DNA from: Octopus vulgaris
Taxonomy: Eukaryota
Direction: 5' to 3'
Length of the DNA stretch: 64,000 nt
NCBI GenBank assembly: GCA_951406725.2
Contig: OX597837.1
Span: 22,568,001-22,632,000, forward strand
Made by a program: the position numbers and the translations under genes
In this document: positions 1 through 14,035 of the stretch, piece after piece
Numbering within the stretch: position 1 is the first letter of the stretch
How the letters are laid out: each line of letters starts with the position of its first letter
Notes under the pieces: generated by a model
The model's input: only the letters and a program-made list of their open reading frames with translations
Database searches by the model: none
Told to the model about the DNA's origin: nothing

Positions 1-557
1 CTGTGGGGGGTAAGAACACAGGAATAATCCACTGGAATGATCAACAAGCATTACCTATTGACATGATTCACTGGTAAGTTCCAAATTTTGGCTTCGGAAT
101 GGTTTGTGTTGTAATGAAATTGAATTCTTGAGATTTAATTATAAATTGAAAGTTTAAGGAGAGCCATTTGGCTCAAAGATTTCGATTGGTGTAAGGATGT
201 CGACTGCTGCTATCAAAAGATCGATAGTCTCAAAGAATGCTTATTTCAAACTTGAGGACAGTTTTACCATAAAAGAATTACAACTTTGAGAATCAAAAAT
301 AGAATTGGTAGCTATATGGCAACTACAGAATTTCAGGATGCACCAAATCTTCAGGTTGTCTTTGCAAAGTGCATAGCTATTAGTATACAGCAGTAATAGT
401 TATATATGCTCTTAATAACTGAGACAAGAAACTTCAAAGAAACATCAATGCTTACCACTGACTCTCAACAAGATCTTTCATTATATTCTGCTTTATTCTG
501 GTTGTGCAGATGGCCAGCAAATCAGACCAGTGGTAAACAATGGTTAGTCCACATTAC

Positions 558-935
558 TTTATTCTCTAGAATAAAACGATGCCGCTGTGGTGATCTCATT
601 CTTGCTCACAACATCATAAGCGGAAAGTGTAACCTCTCAAAAGAGCTGTTCTTCACTCCTGCTCCAGAGCGTAGGCTGCAGGGTCACTCTGAAAAGCTCT
701 ATCTGCGACGATTTCATCTCAATCGAAAGAGGGGCTTTCTCCATCCGGGTTGCGGATCCGTGGAATAAGCTGCCGGACGAGATAGTGAAGATGCCGACGA
801 CCGCTCGGTTCAAAGTCTCTCTTGACCAGAAATGGCCTGAACTCTTTGCATGAACACCCTCCCTGTACATAACTTCATGACCCCCAACCTGGCCTTGCTT
901 TTTGCTTTTTGAGCCAAAAAATTAACTTAACTTAC
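558..935 (+). mobile_element. 5'-truncated CR1/L2-type LINE 3' end
   Basis: RCRGDLI...LFF...RGH...F..RV..WN.LP C-terminal ORF2 motifs; TTAAC-repeat tail; near-identical to copies at 42327 and 58185. Confidence 0.85.
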
Positions 936-1289
936 TTGGTAAGGATCAAAAGGCTGGTTTCCTGGTTTTTCTGGTGTATATAATTCCTCCCTTGAAGGGA
1001 TATTGGTCTGTCACAGGATTATTCAGTTTTACCATCTGAATGAACTGGAACAACATGAAATGAAGTGTTTTGCTCAAGGACACAATGCATCGCCCAGTGC
1101 AGGAATTGAAACCACAATCTTATGATCACAAGTCCAACACCCTAACTACTGAGCCATGCACCTTAACAAGTCAAAAACAATAAAGGAACAATTTACAGAT
1201 AATCTTCAGTCAATATTCAATACATTTCTTTAATCTGTGAGTTAGAATTAAATAAATATTTACACTGTGTATGTTTTTGTGGTCACTTG

Positions 1290-1423
1290 TCACTCCACGG
1301 TTGGTGGAACAGTCAATTCATATTCAATATTTAGGTTAACATCTGTTAAGTTATCTTTCACCATTTTCTCAACTCTTCGACTGAAAAATGGTGTCAAATA
1401 ATGCTTCCAATCTCCGACTTTAC
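1290..1423 (-). CDS. Sulfotransferase exon 6 (terminal)
   Basis: Acceptor tttgcag; GKVGDWKHYLTPFFSRRVEKMVKDNL...TVE then TGA. Confidence 0.93.
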
Positions 1424-2034
1424 CTGCAAATATAAAAGAAACAAACATGAGGCAAGGCAGGAAAAACACTACATAGTCACTCAACCTGTGAGAAATAACA
1501 GCCAAATCTTACTCAAGTTACATCCCATTCATCCATCCATCTTCTCTGCTCACAATTCCTGGGATGACTATGTGGGTAGAGTCTTCAGGCACTTCCTCTA
1601 GAAGGTCCTTTCAGAAGCAACCATCATTACGCTTTCTGACTGGAATCCCAAGCCCAACCAACTGAGACTATGGATATTACCGAACTGTCTCATTTATGGT
1701 CTACCCCCGAGGTCTCTTACTGATTGGCTTGCCTTGAAGAATTTGTCTTGTGATTCCTTCTTGCAACATTCTAATCACATGCCCAATGTTTTCTCAGTGC
1801 AGAGAAGTAAAAGCTAAACTTGGAGAGATTCCCTGATCTCTGGTTTATGCACCCTGTTGAACAATGTTACTTCTTTGGAAGAACCCTCATTTTGGATACT
1901 TATGTTCTTGATAGAACGCAAGAGGCTGAATTGGACGCTAGAATTGCAGGTTCTGGCACAGTAATGTACCATCTCAAGCATTTGAACTTCACCCCAGAAG
2001 AGGTGAAGTTAGCATAAAAAGCCAACCTTACATA

Positions 2035-2450
2035 GGCGCAGGAGTGGCTGTGTGGTAAGTAGCTTGCTAACCAACCACATGGTTCCGGGTTCAGTCCCAC
2101 TGCGTGGCATCTTGGGCAAGTGTCTTCTGCTATAGCCCCGGGCCGACCAATGCCTTGTGAGTGGATTTGGTAGACGGAAACTGAAAGAAGCCTGTCGTAT
2201 ATATGTATATATATATATATATGTGTGTGTGTGTGCGTGTTTGTGTTTGTCCCCCTCAACATCGCTTGACAACCGATGCTGGTGTGTTTACGTCCCCGTC
2301 ACTTAGCGGTTCGGCAAAAGAGACCGATAGAATAAGTACTGGGCTTACAAAGAATAAGTCCCGGGGTCGATTTGCTCGACTAAAGGCGGTGCTCCAGCAT
2401 GGCCGCAGTCAAATGACTGAAACAAGTAAAAGAGTAAAAGAGTAAAAGAG
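2035..2450 (+). mobile_element. tRNA-derived SINE, family A (full length)
   Basis: A-box TGGCTGTGTGG, B-box GGTTCAGTCCC, internal (TA)/(TG) microsatellite, GTAAAAGA-repeat tail; many copies in the window. Confidence 0.85.
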
Positions 2451-2839
2451 TTACTATTTTCATTTTGGTTTTCATGCCTATCATCACGTATGTGCAGGCA
2501 AAAAAAAATTATTATTATTATTAAGGTGGCAAGCTGGTAGAATCTTTAGCAGCATTTCAACTCACAATGTTCTGAGTTCAAATTCCACTAAGGTCGACTT
2601 TGCCTTTCATCCTTTCAGGGTTGCTAAAGTAATACCAGTTGACCACTGGGGTCAATGCAATCAATTTACCCCTCACCTGAAGTTGCTTGCCTTATGCCAA
2701 AATTTGAAATCAGTTTTATTTCATTTCCCTTTTGTTCTTCAAGTTACGATAGATAATATAACAGACATCATTTTTAGTGACAACACAATCATATCTGCAG
2801 AAATGTTGGGTAATGACTGAAACAATACAATCATGAATA

Positions 2840-3190
2840 CAGGCAGCCAAAATGGGGTTCCTCTTAAGGGTCTTTGGAGTAATGTTACTTGACAGGGTGC
2901 ATAGCTAAGCAATCAGGGAGTTTCTACAGATCAAGCCACTACTTCTCTGCACTGAGATGTCACAGCTCCAGTCCTATGGACATGTAATTAGAATGTCACA
3001 GGAACGAACTGCAAAGAGACCAAGAATGGAATGGTTGGATTACATCCAAAGCTTCATTCGGTCACACTTGGGAATCCAGCAAGAAAGTGTTATAACAGTT
3101 GCTTCAGATAGGACCCTAGAGAGGAGATACCTGAGGACTCTACCTCAACAGCTCTCCCAGGAATAGTCGGTGGAGAAGATTGATGGCTGG
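2840..3190 (+). mobile_element. Degraded RTE-type LINE 3' fragment
   Basis: Translation contains YGHVIRM...RPRMEWLDYI. Confidence 0.6.
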
Positions 3191-3227
3191 AGAGATCATA
3201 GTCTTTCTTTATTCCTTAGTAGCTTAA

Positions 3228-3281
3228 CCCTTTCGTTACTGTATTTATTTTGAGATGCTCTGTGTTTCTTTCAGTTACTTT

Positions 3282-3312
<31 letters not shown>

Positions 3313-3698
3313 TTAACGTCCGCTTTCCATGCTAGCATGGGTTGGACGGTTCAACTGGGGTCTGGTGAGCCCGAAGGCTGCACCAGGCCAGTCAGATCTG
3401 GCAGTGTTTCTACAGCTGGATGCCCTTCCTAATGCCAACCACTCCGAGAGTGTAGTGGGTGATTTTATGTGCCACCGACACAGGTGCCAGACGAGGCTGG
3501 CGAACGGCCACACTCGGATGGTGTTTTTTTTTTTTTATAACAAAGAATTTAGCAAAATAACTTAGTTATCATTCAGCTAGTGTTAGGAACATAAATTGTG
3601 ACTAAGGTTTAGTGGAACATTTTAATTCAGAACTTATGAAAATAAGACATTTGAACTCAGAGCCAGAGCCGGTTTCAGCAGGGTTGGTAACGAAAGGG
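3228..3698. mobile_element. TTAA-flanked piggyBac-type MITE, interrupted by an RTE 3'-end fragment (~3286-3530)
   Basis: TTAA-CCCTTTCGTTAC ... GTAACGAAAGGG-TTAA. Confidence 0.85.
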
Positions 3699-5369
3699 TT
3701 AAAAGCTGCACCCTGGGTGGACTTTTAAGCTAGCTCCTGTAGAGGACTAATTGGGCTTGTGGCCCAGAACTAAAGAGAGCAATATCATTTATTGGTACCC
3801 TACCAATATAGTATTACTTTAAATTTAGTTTAAATGAAAAACTTGTAAGTTCACAAATTTTTGGATTTTTTAAAAAATTTGAATTTTCATCTGTTAGCAT
3901 ATAACAAATCCTCGTCCAGACCTGATCCCAATGGTGGATGTACAAGAACCTAATGTAGGGCATTTTCAATTCAAGGATCATCTTGGTTTCAAAAAGGTAT
4001 CATATGTCTTTGGAGAGCAAATGTAGACTGAAATACAGGGGACCTGGATGGACGGACAGACAGAATTTTTTTCGTGTTTATTATTATAGATTTCTGTTCC
4101 TAGTGAAGGCACATGGTCTGGTTGTTAGTATGTTGCACTCATAATAGCCAGATTGTGGGTTTGATTCCTGGACTGGGTGACATATTGTGCTCCTGAGCAA
4201 AACACGTTTCATTTCATGTTGCTCTAGTGCTGTGGAGGAACCAGCACGCCAAAGAATAGACCCAATATTTCCTCTGAATGTCATGAAAGGTGACTAAAAG
4301 AGGTCGATATAGGATTTGTACTCCAACCCCATAAAACCTCACCAGCAACGACTACCCAAACAGACCTATAGGTTGGTGAGTTGTCAGCTGAGTGGTGCAA
4401 AGCCATCATCTGTCAGGAGTAGTAGGGAATCACCAACACATGGTGGATGCAGCGATGTGCTGTTAGAGCACATGCCCCTATATTACAATTAGCTATGCTG
4501 CACAAAGGGCTGTTCTTGGATAGTTCTAGAGGTCAGGGCCTATAAAAGGGGTTTTCAGCTGGTACACCGATTGGTGCAGACATGTAGAAATAACCACATG
4601 TATGCACACAGACATTCACATGGAGAATGCTTAGGAGAAAGAGAGTCTTCCCAGTGTGGACCCAACAGAGTGATCAGCCATTCTGCAACACAGTAGTATG
4701 ACAGAGAAAACAAATATCTAATGTGGTAGGATACAGCTGAATCTATAGAGTCAAAGAGAAGTCAATGAGATTGTACAGGAAGGTGCCATACCCAATGACT
4801 GGCACAGTAGCATTATAGCCAACTGTTACAAGGGGACACAAGAGCAACCAGATCATGACAGTTACAGAGAGAACTTTAGGTCAATTATTTAGGAAGAGGA
4901 ACAGACCAAATGAAATGCAGTTCAGTTTTGTGCCAGAGAGAAGTACTTTTGATGTTCTTTGCCCAGTGAGACAGATATAGAAGTATTTAGTTAAAAGTAA
5001 GCTAGTCTTATTTGTCAATCCAAAGAAAGGCCTTTGACAGGGTGTATGTGAACAATGGAGTGCAGATTGTAGTGAATGGTGAACAAGAGTGGAGGAGGGG
5101 TCAGTGGTAAATACGAGTTGGGTAAGAGGAGGTGATGACTGGCAGTACAGAAAAGGTGGAGAGTAACAAAACAAGGATAAAACAGAAAACAGGTGAAGGA
5201 TGAGAGACAAGATGATGCATGGGATAGGTAAAAGTTGCAAGAGTGTGGACATGTAAACTATGTTGTTGTTGATGATGATGATGTTATTGATGATGGTGGT
5301 GGTAATGGTAGTAGTGGTGGTGATGGTGGTGGTGATGATGATGTAGAAGATGACAATGTTTCTACTCAC

Positions 5370-5553
5370 CTTGCCGAAGAAATTCTGTCTGGGTTTGATC
5401 CCGGATCCCATAGCCGTCCCACCACGAGTAGTTGACACTTTTATTCTGGCGCATATTCTTAAACAGACATCGATGGCAAATAGTCAACAGTTGTTCCGGT
5501 GTTAACTCCTTACCAAGAAATTTGGCAATACGCTGCACATTTCCAGCAAGGTC
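5370..5553 (-). CDS. Sulfotransferase exon 5
   Basis: Acceptor ggcag; DLAGNVQRIAKFLGKELT...TEFLRQ-G; donor GTGAGT. Confidence 0.95.
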
Positions 5554-5746
5554 CTGCCAAATAACAAACAAAACTTTTATTATTGGTACTTAATTTATCG
5601 ACCCTGAAAGGATGAAAGGCAGAGTTGATCTCAGCAGAATTTGAACTCAGAATGTAAAGACAGATGAAATGTTGCTAAGTGTTTTGTCCGGCATGCTAAC
5701 TATTCTGCCAGCTCACTGCTTGATATGCAAACATACTAAAAAGATA

Positions 5747-6287
5747 CAGTAATACCTTACTTTATGAGGACCTACTTTACAAGGCCCCAGGTTTACGAGT
5801 TTCATTTTTCAAGCACAAAATCTAGATTTTGAATGAGGTGCAAAAGTTTCTACTACCATAACAAATGCTTCTGCGTGTTACTGAGAAATTTATAGAGAGC
5901 AAGAAAACATTTTTTCAAAGCAAACAACTCTAGACTTGTTTTTTAAAAAGAAATCTACAAGTCTGTCTATGAGTGCTTGTGAATCAGCAATTGTGTCTGC
6001 AAGTCTAGTGCAAGTAAAATTGATTCATAAAATGATTATAATAATTTTTTTTTATTATAAATGATTTTGACATTCTTTTTACTTTACATAAAATATTCTT
6101 TACATTCTACTGTTGTTTTATTGCCATTTATTTATGAGTATTACAAATTTTATATGTAAAATATTTTTCTGGGAACAAATTACAATTTATAACATTGCTA
6201 CTATGAGAAATTATTGCTCTGCTTTATGAATTTTCGCTTACAAGTGGACTCCGGGAACAAATTAACTTGTATATCGATGCATTACTG
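5747..6287. mobile_element. Tc1/mariner (Tigger/pogo-like) non-autonomous element
   Basis: TA-CAGTAAT ... ATTACTG-TA termini with degenerate longer TIRs. Confidence 0.6.
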
Positions 6288-7155
6288 TATATTGGTTATT
6301 GATCCATTCAAAATATACCCAAATTGGCATGTAGGATTTGAATGCATGCCCAAGCCATTCTCTTCATGATTTTGAAATAAAAATACGAAAGCCAGAGAAG
6401 GAAGAAAGAGAAAGATAAAAAGACATTTTATTGACCTCGAAAGGATGAAAAGCAAAGTTGACCTTGGCAGAATGGGAACTCAGAACATAAAGACGAATGA
6501 AATGCCGCTAAGCATTTTGACTGACCCTCTAACAATTCTGCATCTACACTCCTGAAAGAACTGGTCAGAAATTGAACATTATCTAGATGTGTTGCATGCA
6601 ACCAATGGCATCGATATAGAAGTGTTCTGATGTTTCTAATAAAACTTTGTTTGCTTATATTTTTCAATAAACTCTACTAAATTATTCTTATTTTTCACTT
6701 TTTTCTGAATTTTTCAAATTGTTATGGTAATTTATGGACACAAATGGATCAGTCTATATAACGTTCTTTTTTTCAAGTATCCTTTTCCCCCATATAAACC
6801 TCATTCACTCATATAAGATCCATTAACCCATATAATTTCCTCATTCATCAGTGTAATCCCCTATCATCCTCATAACTCTTCTATTCTCCCATGTAAACTG
6901 TAATGTTTTTTTCATGTGCCTCAAGCATAAGTGCTAGTAAGGCGAAGCAGGTAACAATCACGCACAAATGGTGCTTTTTAACGTGCTATCGGCACAGAGG
7001 TCAGCTTGTTGCTCTGGCAACGATCTCACCTGTATGGTACTCTTAGCACTCCACTAGTATGGATGCCAGTCATCGAGTTTGATTTCGATTTCCTCCTCTA
7101 ATATTAAGAACTACATAAAAATAAACAGAAGCAAAAAAAAAACAAAAAAACTTAC

Positions 7156-7253
7156 CTTATGTAAATCTTCATACTGAACAATGAGGATGTTATGATGTTG
7201 TTGGTTCAAATCCACAGCAGTTCTCACATGTTTACCCCATGGGGAATAATACA
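7156..7253 (-). CDS. Sulfotransferase exon 4 (absent from the ORF track)
   Basis: Acceptor ttgcag; VYYSPWGKHVRTAVDLNQQHHNILIVQYEDLHK; donor GTAAGT; phases match both neighbours. Confidence 0.93.
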
Positions 7254-7444
7254 CTGCAATCAGAAATAAACAGGACTCTTGAGATGGTAAAGGTATGGTT
7301 TGAAGGCAATTTTAGCTGCTACTTTAAAGTGGCACTCTGCCAGTTACAATGACAAGTGTTTCAGTTGAGCTGATCAATGGAATAGCCTGCTCATGAAGTT
7401 AACGTGTAAGTGGCTAAGCACTCCGTAAACACATATAACCTTAA

Positions 7445-7961
7445 CCCTTTCATTACTGTATTTATTTTGAGATGCTCTGTGTTTCTTTCAATTATTTTAA
7501 ATATAACAAAGAATTTAGTAAAATAACTTAGTTATCATTCAGCTAGTGTTAGGAACATAAATTGTGACTAAGGTTTGGAGGAAGATTTTAATTCAGAACT
7601 TTTGAAAACAAGACATTTGTACTACAGAGCCAGAGGTGGTTTCAGGTGGGTTGGTATCAAAATGGTTAAGACAGGAAGAACTAGCAGTGGCCCAAGGTGT
7701 CTTCATATTTATGTATCATTCATTTTTACATCTGTTTTAACACTTTTGTTACCATATTTCTGTTGAGAGACTCTGTGTTTCTTTCAATTAATTTTAAATG
7801 TAACAAAGAATTTAGTAAAATAACTTCGTTATCATTCAGCTAGTGTTAAGAACATAAATTGTGACTAAGGTTTGGTGGAAGATTTTAATTCAAAACTTAT
7901 GGAAACAAGACATTTGTACTCAGAGCCAGAACCGGTTTCAGCCAGGTTGGTAATGAAAGGG
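7445..7961. mobile_element. Two tandem piggyBac-type MITEs plus spacer, inserted at one TTAA inside a family C SINE
   Basis: Outer ends TTAA-CCCTTT and AAAGGG-TTAA; host SINE (~7330-8165) resumes exactly after the second TTAA. Confidence 0.8.
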
Positions 7962-9630
7962 TTAATGCAGTTTTCAGGGAAATTCAGCAAGAAACAGAAT
8001 GTAACAAGGTTGGCCCTTTGAATTACAGGTACTATTAATTTTTATCAGCTGATTAGATTGGAGCAATATGAAATAAAATGTCTTGCTCAAGGATACAATG
8101 CACCAGCAGGTATTGAACTCAGGAGCTTACGATTGTGAGCCAATGGCCCTAACCACTAAGCTGTGCACATGTCAAATAGGACACTGCTGGGAAATATAAC
8201 ATACAACTCAAACTACTTCCCTGAGTACCACACAATAAATGACAGCACATCAAAATATGGAAGGTGTTTGTCATTAAGACAAAGACATGGACAATCAGAT
8301 GTACTGGATCTGTAAATACATAAAAGTATTTGACAAGTTATCTCCACACCCCAGCCTGTTTGGGCAGAGCAAACTCTGCTGTTGAGGAATACACAACAGC
8401 AACCACTGTAGAAATGTTTGATTTATAAGAAAGGTTCATTACTTATAAGGGTTTTTATAGGGGCTGTTTCTTCAAAGTTATAAGAATATTTGCTTAGCCC
8501 CATGCTGGTCCTGACTGAGCAGCCCTATTATCAAAGACCATTTCAACTTCACAGCTCTCTTTTTCTACATATAATACATACCCTGGAATCATCACCATCA
8601 TCATCATCATCATCGTTTAACGTCTGCTTTCCATGCTAGCATGGGTTGGACGATTTTGACTGAGGGCTGGCGAACCAGATGGCTGCACCAGGCTCCAATC
8701 TTGATTTGGCAGAGTTTCTACAGCTGGATGCCCTTCCTAACGCCAACCACTCTAATGTGGTTTTCCTATATTTTAAAGATTTTATGGGTGTGATCTAAGA
8801 GAGATGAAGCTGTTATTTTTAGCTAGTTGAGTGATTGCATAGAAACTCCCTTGTTAGTTCAAGCTTTATAGAAGTTTCTAATAAGGGTGGTTATTACTGC
8901 TATAAGGTAGGGAATTCTCATAAGGATGATCTGTGAAGGTATAATAAAAATGTTGTGAAATAAAGGTGGTTTGTGACAGGATGTTGTAGTCAGGAACTAG
9001 AAAATAGTATTATTTTCTGTAACTAAAAACTTTTTACATCTATTTTTTCCTTATAAATATGGCTTCTAAAACTTCGATAATTTGGATATGGAAGGGCTGA
9101 TGATGGTAAGAATGATAAAACATTCATAGATACATTCAATACTAAATAAATTTTAAGTTTCAGATTTTGAATTATTACAATTATAAGCATACCTTAGAGA
9201 TCATGGAATCTCTCTATTTCTCCACATTGAGAAGTAACAGCCCTAGTCCATTGAAAACAATGTTGGGTGGAATTCTGGTTTAAGAACCCCATAGAGCCCC
9301 TCATAACATTTTAATTTTTTGAAATTTTTAGAAAACTTTTGTGAATATGTCTTTTATACATTGGAATTCATATGATTGTGAAAAAATTTTTTTATTTAAA
9401 AAATTTTTTAAGACCCCATTCCTCCATAAATCCTAAAATTTTCACTCATTTTCAAATTTCTTGCTTAAATTCAGCAATGGATCACCCTTGGGTGCACCAT
9501 CATTCCATTAAATGTGTTTATGGGGAGAAGAATATTGAAAAACATCAATACATTTCAGAGTATCAAAGAGACAAGCTAAAAATAAAAATAAAAATAAATA
9601 AAACATGTTTAGATACTGAGTTATACTCAC

Positions 9631-9757
9631 CTTTATCTTTGGTAAACCTATCGCAGAATTCTTCAAATGTTCCAACAAATTTCAAAGGTGTCAACATTTT
9701 TAGGAAGTTGTAGTATGAAATTAGTATATCCTTTGGATTTCTAACAACATAAATTAT
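9631..9757 (-). CDS. Sulfotransferase exon 3
   Basis: Acceptor cttcag; IIYVVRNPKDILISYYNF...DK; donor GTGAGT; 127 nt. Confidence 0.95.
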
Positions 9758-11559
9758 CTGAAGAAGAAATACCATAATCACCACCATCATAATTACCAGC
9801 AGTTTTCACTACTCCATAGGTAAATTATCAGCATTTTTAAGAACTATAACAGTTTGCAAGAAACAAATGCAACAAAAATTTTAGTTACAGAAAATAGCAG
9901 AATTCTCTCTGTTATAACTAGCATCAGCCCTAATCATATATATATATATATATATGTATGTACGTATGTACGTATGTATACACACACACACACGCAGAGG
10001 TGGTGCTCCAACTTGGCCACAGTGAAATGAGTGTAGCAAGTGAAATAATATATATATATTAAGGAACAAAATGCAAGTTGTCCTTGATATAAAGAAAGAC
10101 AACCCATTTGGAACTAAATGCAGCAAGTTTTGATGTACCAAGTTGTTTACTTCATGTGTGTGAGTATATATGATATATATCATCATCATCATCATTTAAT
10201 GTCTGTTTTCCATGCTGGCATGGGTTGGATGCTTCAACAAGAGCTGGCAAGACAAACCATGCAGCTCATGCCAGCATGAAAATCAGACATTAAATGATGA
10301 CAATTATGATGATGTAAATATATGGATGAGGACAGCTGTATAAAGAAGGGCCAAGCTCTAATTGAGGAGGGAACCTGATGAAGGGGTAGACCGAGGAAGA
10401 CGTGGGATGAAGTGGTGAGGAAGGATCTTCAAATGCTGGACCTCACTGAGGAAATGACAAGGGGCCAGGAGATGTGGCGGTTTGCTGAGCGAGGTCGTTG
10501 CCAGTGCTGCTGGACTGGCTCCTGTGCAGGTGGCACGTAAAAAGCACCATTTGAGCGTGGCCGTTGCCAGTACCGCCTGACTGGCCCTTGTGCTGGTGGC
10601 ACGTAAAACCACCCACTACACTCTCGGAGTGGTTGGCGTTAGGAAGGGCATCCAGCTGTAGAAACTCTGCCAGATCAGATCGGAGTCTGGTGCAGCCATC
10701 TGGTTCGCCAGACCACAGTTAAATCGTCCAACCCATGCTAGCATGGAAAGCGGACGTTAATTGATGATGATGATGATGATGATGATAAGATGCATCAAGT
10801 TAAGTAAAATTGCTGTCTTCCACACATACAGGCATGTCTTTGAAGTGCTGTATTAATGTACCCATGTCAGTGCAACATAAACACACACACTCTCTTAAGC
10901 GGTTGGCATTAGAAAAGGCATCCAACCATAGAAACCATGCCTCAACAGACAGCAGGAATCTGGACAGCTCCCTGCTAGCCAGCTCCAAGCCGTCCAACCC
11001 ATGCCATCATAGAAAGGGGACGCTAAACAATGATGATGATATATATATCTTCATCTCCCACTTAACATGGATGTTGTGTAAGAACATAGAATACTGTGTT
11101 ATTTACCTTAAGAGGATCTCTCATATGGACACGTGGTGCATAAAAGCACTCGTATTTATATCAATGACAGGTGAGAAATGTCTACTACAGCTGCTGAAGA
11201 TCACATGATTTTGCCCTGCCAGAGCTCCTCAGAGGCAGATGCCCTGTAGCCTGTTGCAACATAACAGCAGAATCTCACAACAATGATGTATAGAATTTCG
11301 GTGTCTGTTCAGGAACTAATGTAGTAAATAACCATGAAATCATGCGATCTTGCAGTTCTGGTAGCTATAGCAGATGGTTCTCAGCTGTCGATGATATAAA
11401 TACAAGTGCTTTTATGAATCACAAGGTTGCGTTTTGTGACCTAGCTTCAGGATTCAGTTCCATGGCATGATATATTGGGCAAGTTTCTTCTACTATAACT
11501 TAGGGCTGACCAAAGCTTTGCAAGTGGATTTGGCATAGGGAAACTGAAAGAAGCTCATC

Positions 11560-12545
11560 ATCATCATCATTGTCGTTTAACATCTGTTTTCCATGCTGGC
11601 ATGGGTTGGGCAGTTTGATTGAGAACTGGCAAGATGGGAGGCTGCACCAGGGCTCAGTCTGATTTGACAAGGTTTCTACAGCTAGATGCCCTTCCTGATG
11701 CCAACCACTCTGAGAGTGTAGTGGGTACTTTTACGTGCCACCAGCACAGGAGCCAGTCAGGCACACTAGCAACAGCCACACTTGAATGGTGCATTATACA
11801 TGTCGCCAACACGGGTGCCAGTCAGGTGGCACTGGCATTGGTCACAATCAAATGGTGCTTTTAAATGCCACTGGCACAGGTGCCAGTCAGGCAGCACTGC
11901 ATCAGTCACACTCGAATGGTGCATTTTACATGCCACTGGCACAGGTGGTAATCAGGCAGCATTGGCATCGGCCACACTCGAATGGTGGAACGGTGCTTTT
12001 TATGTGCCACCAGCATGGGTGCCAGTCAGGCGGCACTGTCATCGGCCACGACTATGATTTCACTTGGTCCAATGTCTTCACATGCACAGCATATCGCCCA
12101 ACGATTAAAAGGTGCTTTTTTTAAACAGTCCAGTCAGGTAACACTGGCACTGGCCACAACTACCATCTCACTAGGCTTGCTGGGTCTTCTCTAGCATGGC
12201 ACATCTCCAAAAGTCTCAGTCACTTGTCATTGTCTCTGTCAGGTCCAACGTTCAAAAGTCATGCTTTACCACCTTCCAGTAGCTATAGGTCTACCTCTTC
12301 CATAGGTTCCCCCCAATTAGGGTGTGACACTTCTACACACAGCTCTCCTCATCCATATGCATCACATGACCATACTAGCACAGTCATGTCTCTTGCGCAC
12401 CATGTCTGATGCTTCTTATGTCCAACTTTTGTCTCAGGGTGCTTACACTCTCTCGTGTATGCACACTAACATTACACATCAAGTGGAGCATACTAGCTTA
12501 ATTTCTTTTAAGCCTACACATGTCTTCCACTCACGAGCCTGAGAC
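11560..12545 (-). mobile_element. RTE-type LINE 3' region with internal ~60-bp repeats
   Basis: Reverse complement matches the ORF end and 3' UTR of the element at 61400-62820; (GAT)n tail. Confidence 0.75.
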
Positions 12546-12839
12546 TGCAATAAAAGAGACTTGCCAAAGGTGCTACACAATGGCACTGAACCTGGAATCA
12601 TGTGGTTGGGAAGCAAATTTCTTATCACAAAACTCACATAGCATATCTAAGAAAAAAAATTACTTTGAATTTTTTGGGGTAGTACTGCCTGTCTGATGAT
12701 GAGTCATGTCTTGAGAAAGCTTACCCATGCTTGCTCTGCAGAATAATATTACCCTGGCACATCACATTATTCCTTACAGAATCTTTTTTTTCTTTTTACT
12801 GTGATGATTCTATTGTCTCCTTTAGATTAAACAAACCTA

Positions 12840-14035
12840 GGGTAACATGGTGGTGGAATAATGTATTAGACAAGGCCATTAGAGCAGAGAAACAGTCCTG
12901 GAAAACCTGAAAGAGAAGGGGTAGCAGGGAACTATACCAGATAGCCAGAAGGGAGGCTGGGAGACAGGTATATATAGCCAAAGGAGAAGCAGAAAAGAAG
13001 TTTACCAATGTTCAGCGACATGAGGACCAAAGAACTGAAGTATTTCGGATTGCTAGACAGTGTGTGAGAGAAAATTGTGATGTTACAGGAGAGAAATGTA
13101 TCCACGTGGATGATGGTGCACTTGCTTTTAATGATTCTACAAAGAAAGAGGCACAGATATGCCATTATGAAAGGCTGCTGAATGTGGAGAATGAATGGGA
13201 GGAGGAGAGGACCAGCTACCCAAATTGATAGCACCCTGGTAGATAGAGCAATTAAGTAAGTAGGAAGGTGAACAAATCACAAACCCCTTCAGGTAGATGG
13301 ACCTGCTCAATCTATAGAAAAGGTGTAGGTAGAAACACCATAAGATGTACTCAATGCAAGCTATGGACACATAAGAGGTGCAGCAACATCAAAGGAAGGT
13401 TAACCAGGAAGATAGTTTTTGTGTGTGGCAGATGCACAGGGGCAATAAACACCGAAGATGCACAGAAAACAGATTCCATCACATGCCAGGGGAAGAAACT
13501 AGAAGTGGTTGATAGCTTCCGCTACCTAGGTGACCAGGTCTGTAGTGGGGGTGGATGCTCTGAGAGTGTTGCCACTAGAATAAGAATAGCCTGGGCAAAG
13601 TTCAGAAAGCTCCTACCTCTGCTGGTGACAAAGGGCCTCTTGCTCAGAGTGAAAGGTAGACTGTATGATGCATGTGTGCAAACTGCCATGCTACACGGTA
13701 GTGAAACATGGACCATGACTGTTGAGGAAATATGTAGGCTTGAAAGAAATGAAACTAGTATGATCCACTGGATGTGTAATGTCAGTGTGCACACACAACA
13801 GAGTGTAAGCGCCCTCAGAGAAATGTTAGACATAAGAAGCATCGGATGAGGTGTGCAAGAGAGACGACTGCGCTAGTATGGTTATGTGCTGCATATGGAT
13901 GAGGAGAGCTGTGTGAAGAAGTGTCACTCCCTAACAGTGAAAGGAACCCGTGGAAGAGGGAGACCCAGAAAGACATGGGATGTGGTGTTGAAGCACGACC
14001 TTTGAATGTTGGACCTCACAGAAGCAACGACAAGG
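12840..14035 (+). mobile_element. Internally deleted RTE-type LINE ORF2 fragment with a PHD-like finger
   Basis: ORF 13268-13849: ...CTQCKLWTHKRC...CGRC...VDSFRYLGD...RIRIAWAKF...MLHGSETW. Confidence 0.85.

Noticed and set aside
2035-2110. tRNA gene-like A/B boxes
   Set aside because: These are SINE heads attached to repeat bodies, repeated many times, and I could not form a proper cloverleaf.
4881-5360. 185-aa minus-strand ORF and other low-complexity ORFs in the track (poly-H, poly-D/Y, YIYI, CVCV)
   Set aside because: They arise from microsatellites or repeat consensus sequence and have no splice-compatible role or domain signature.
12685-12730. CTGATGA...GAAA hammerhead-like spacing
   Set aside because: No convincing stem I or stem II pairing.
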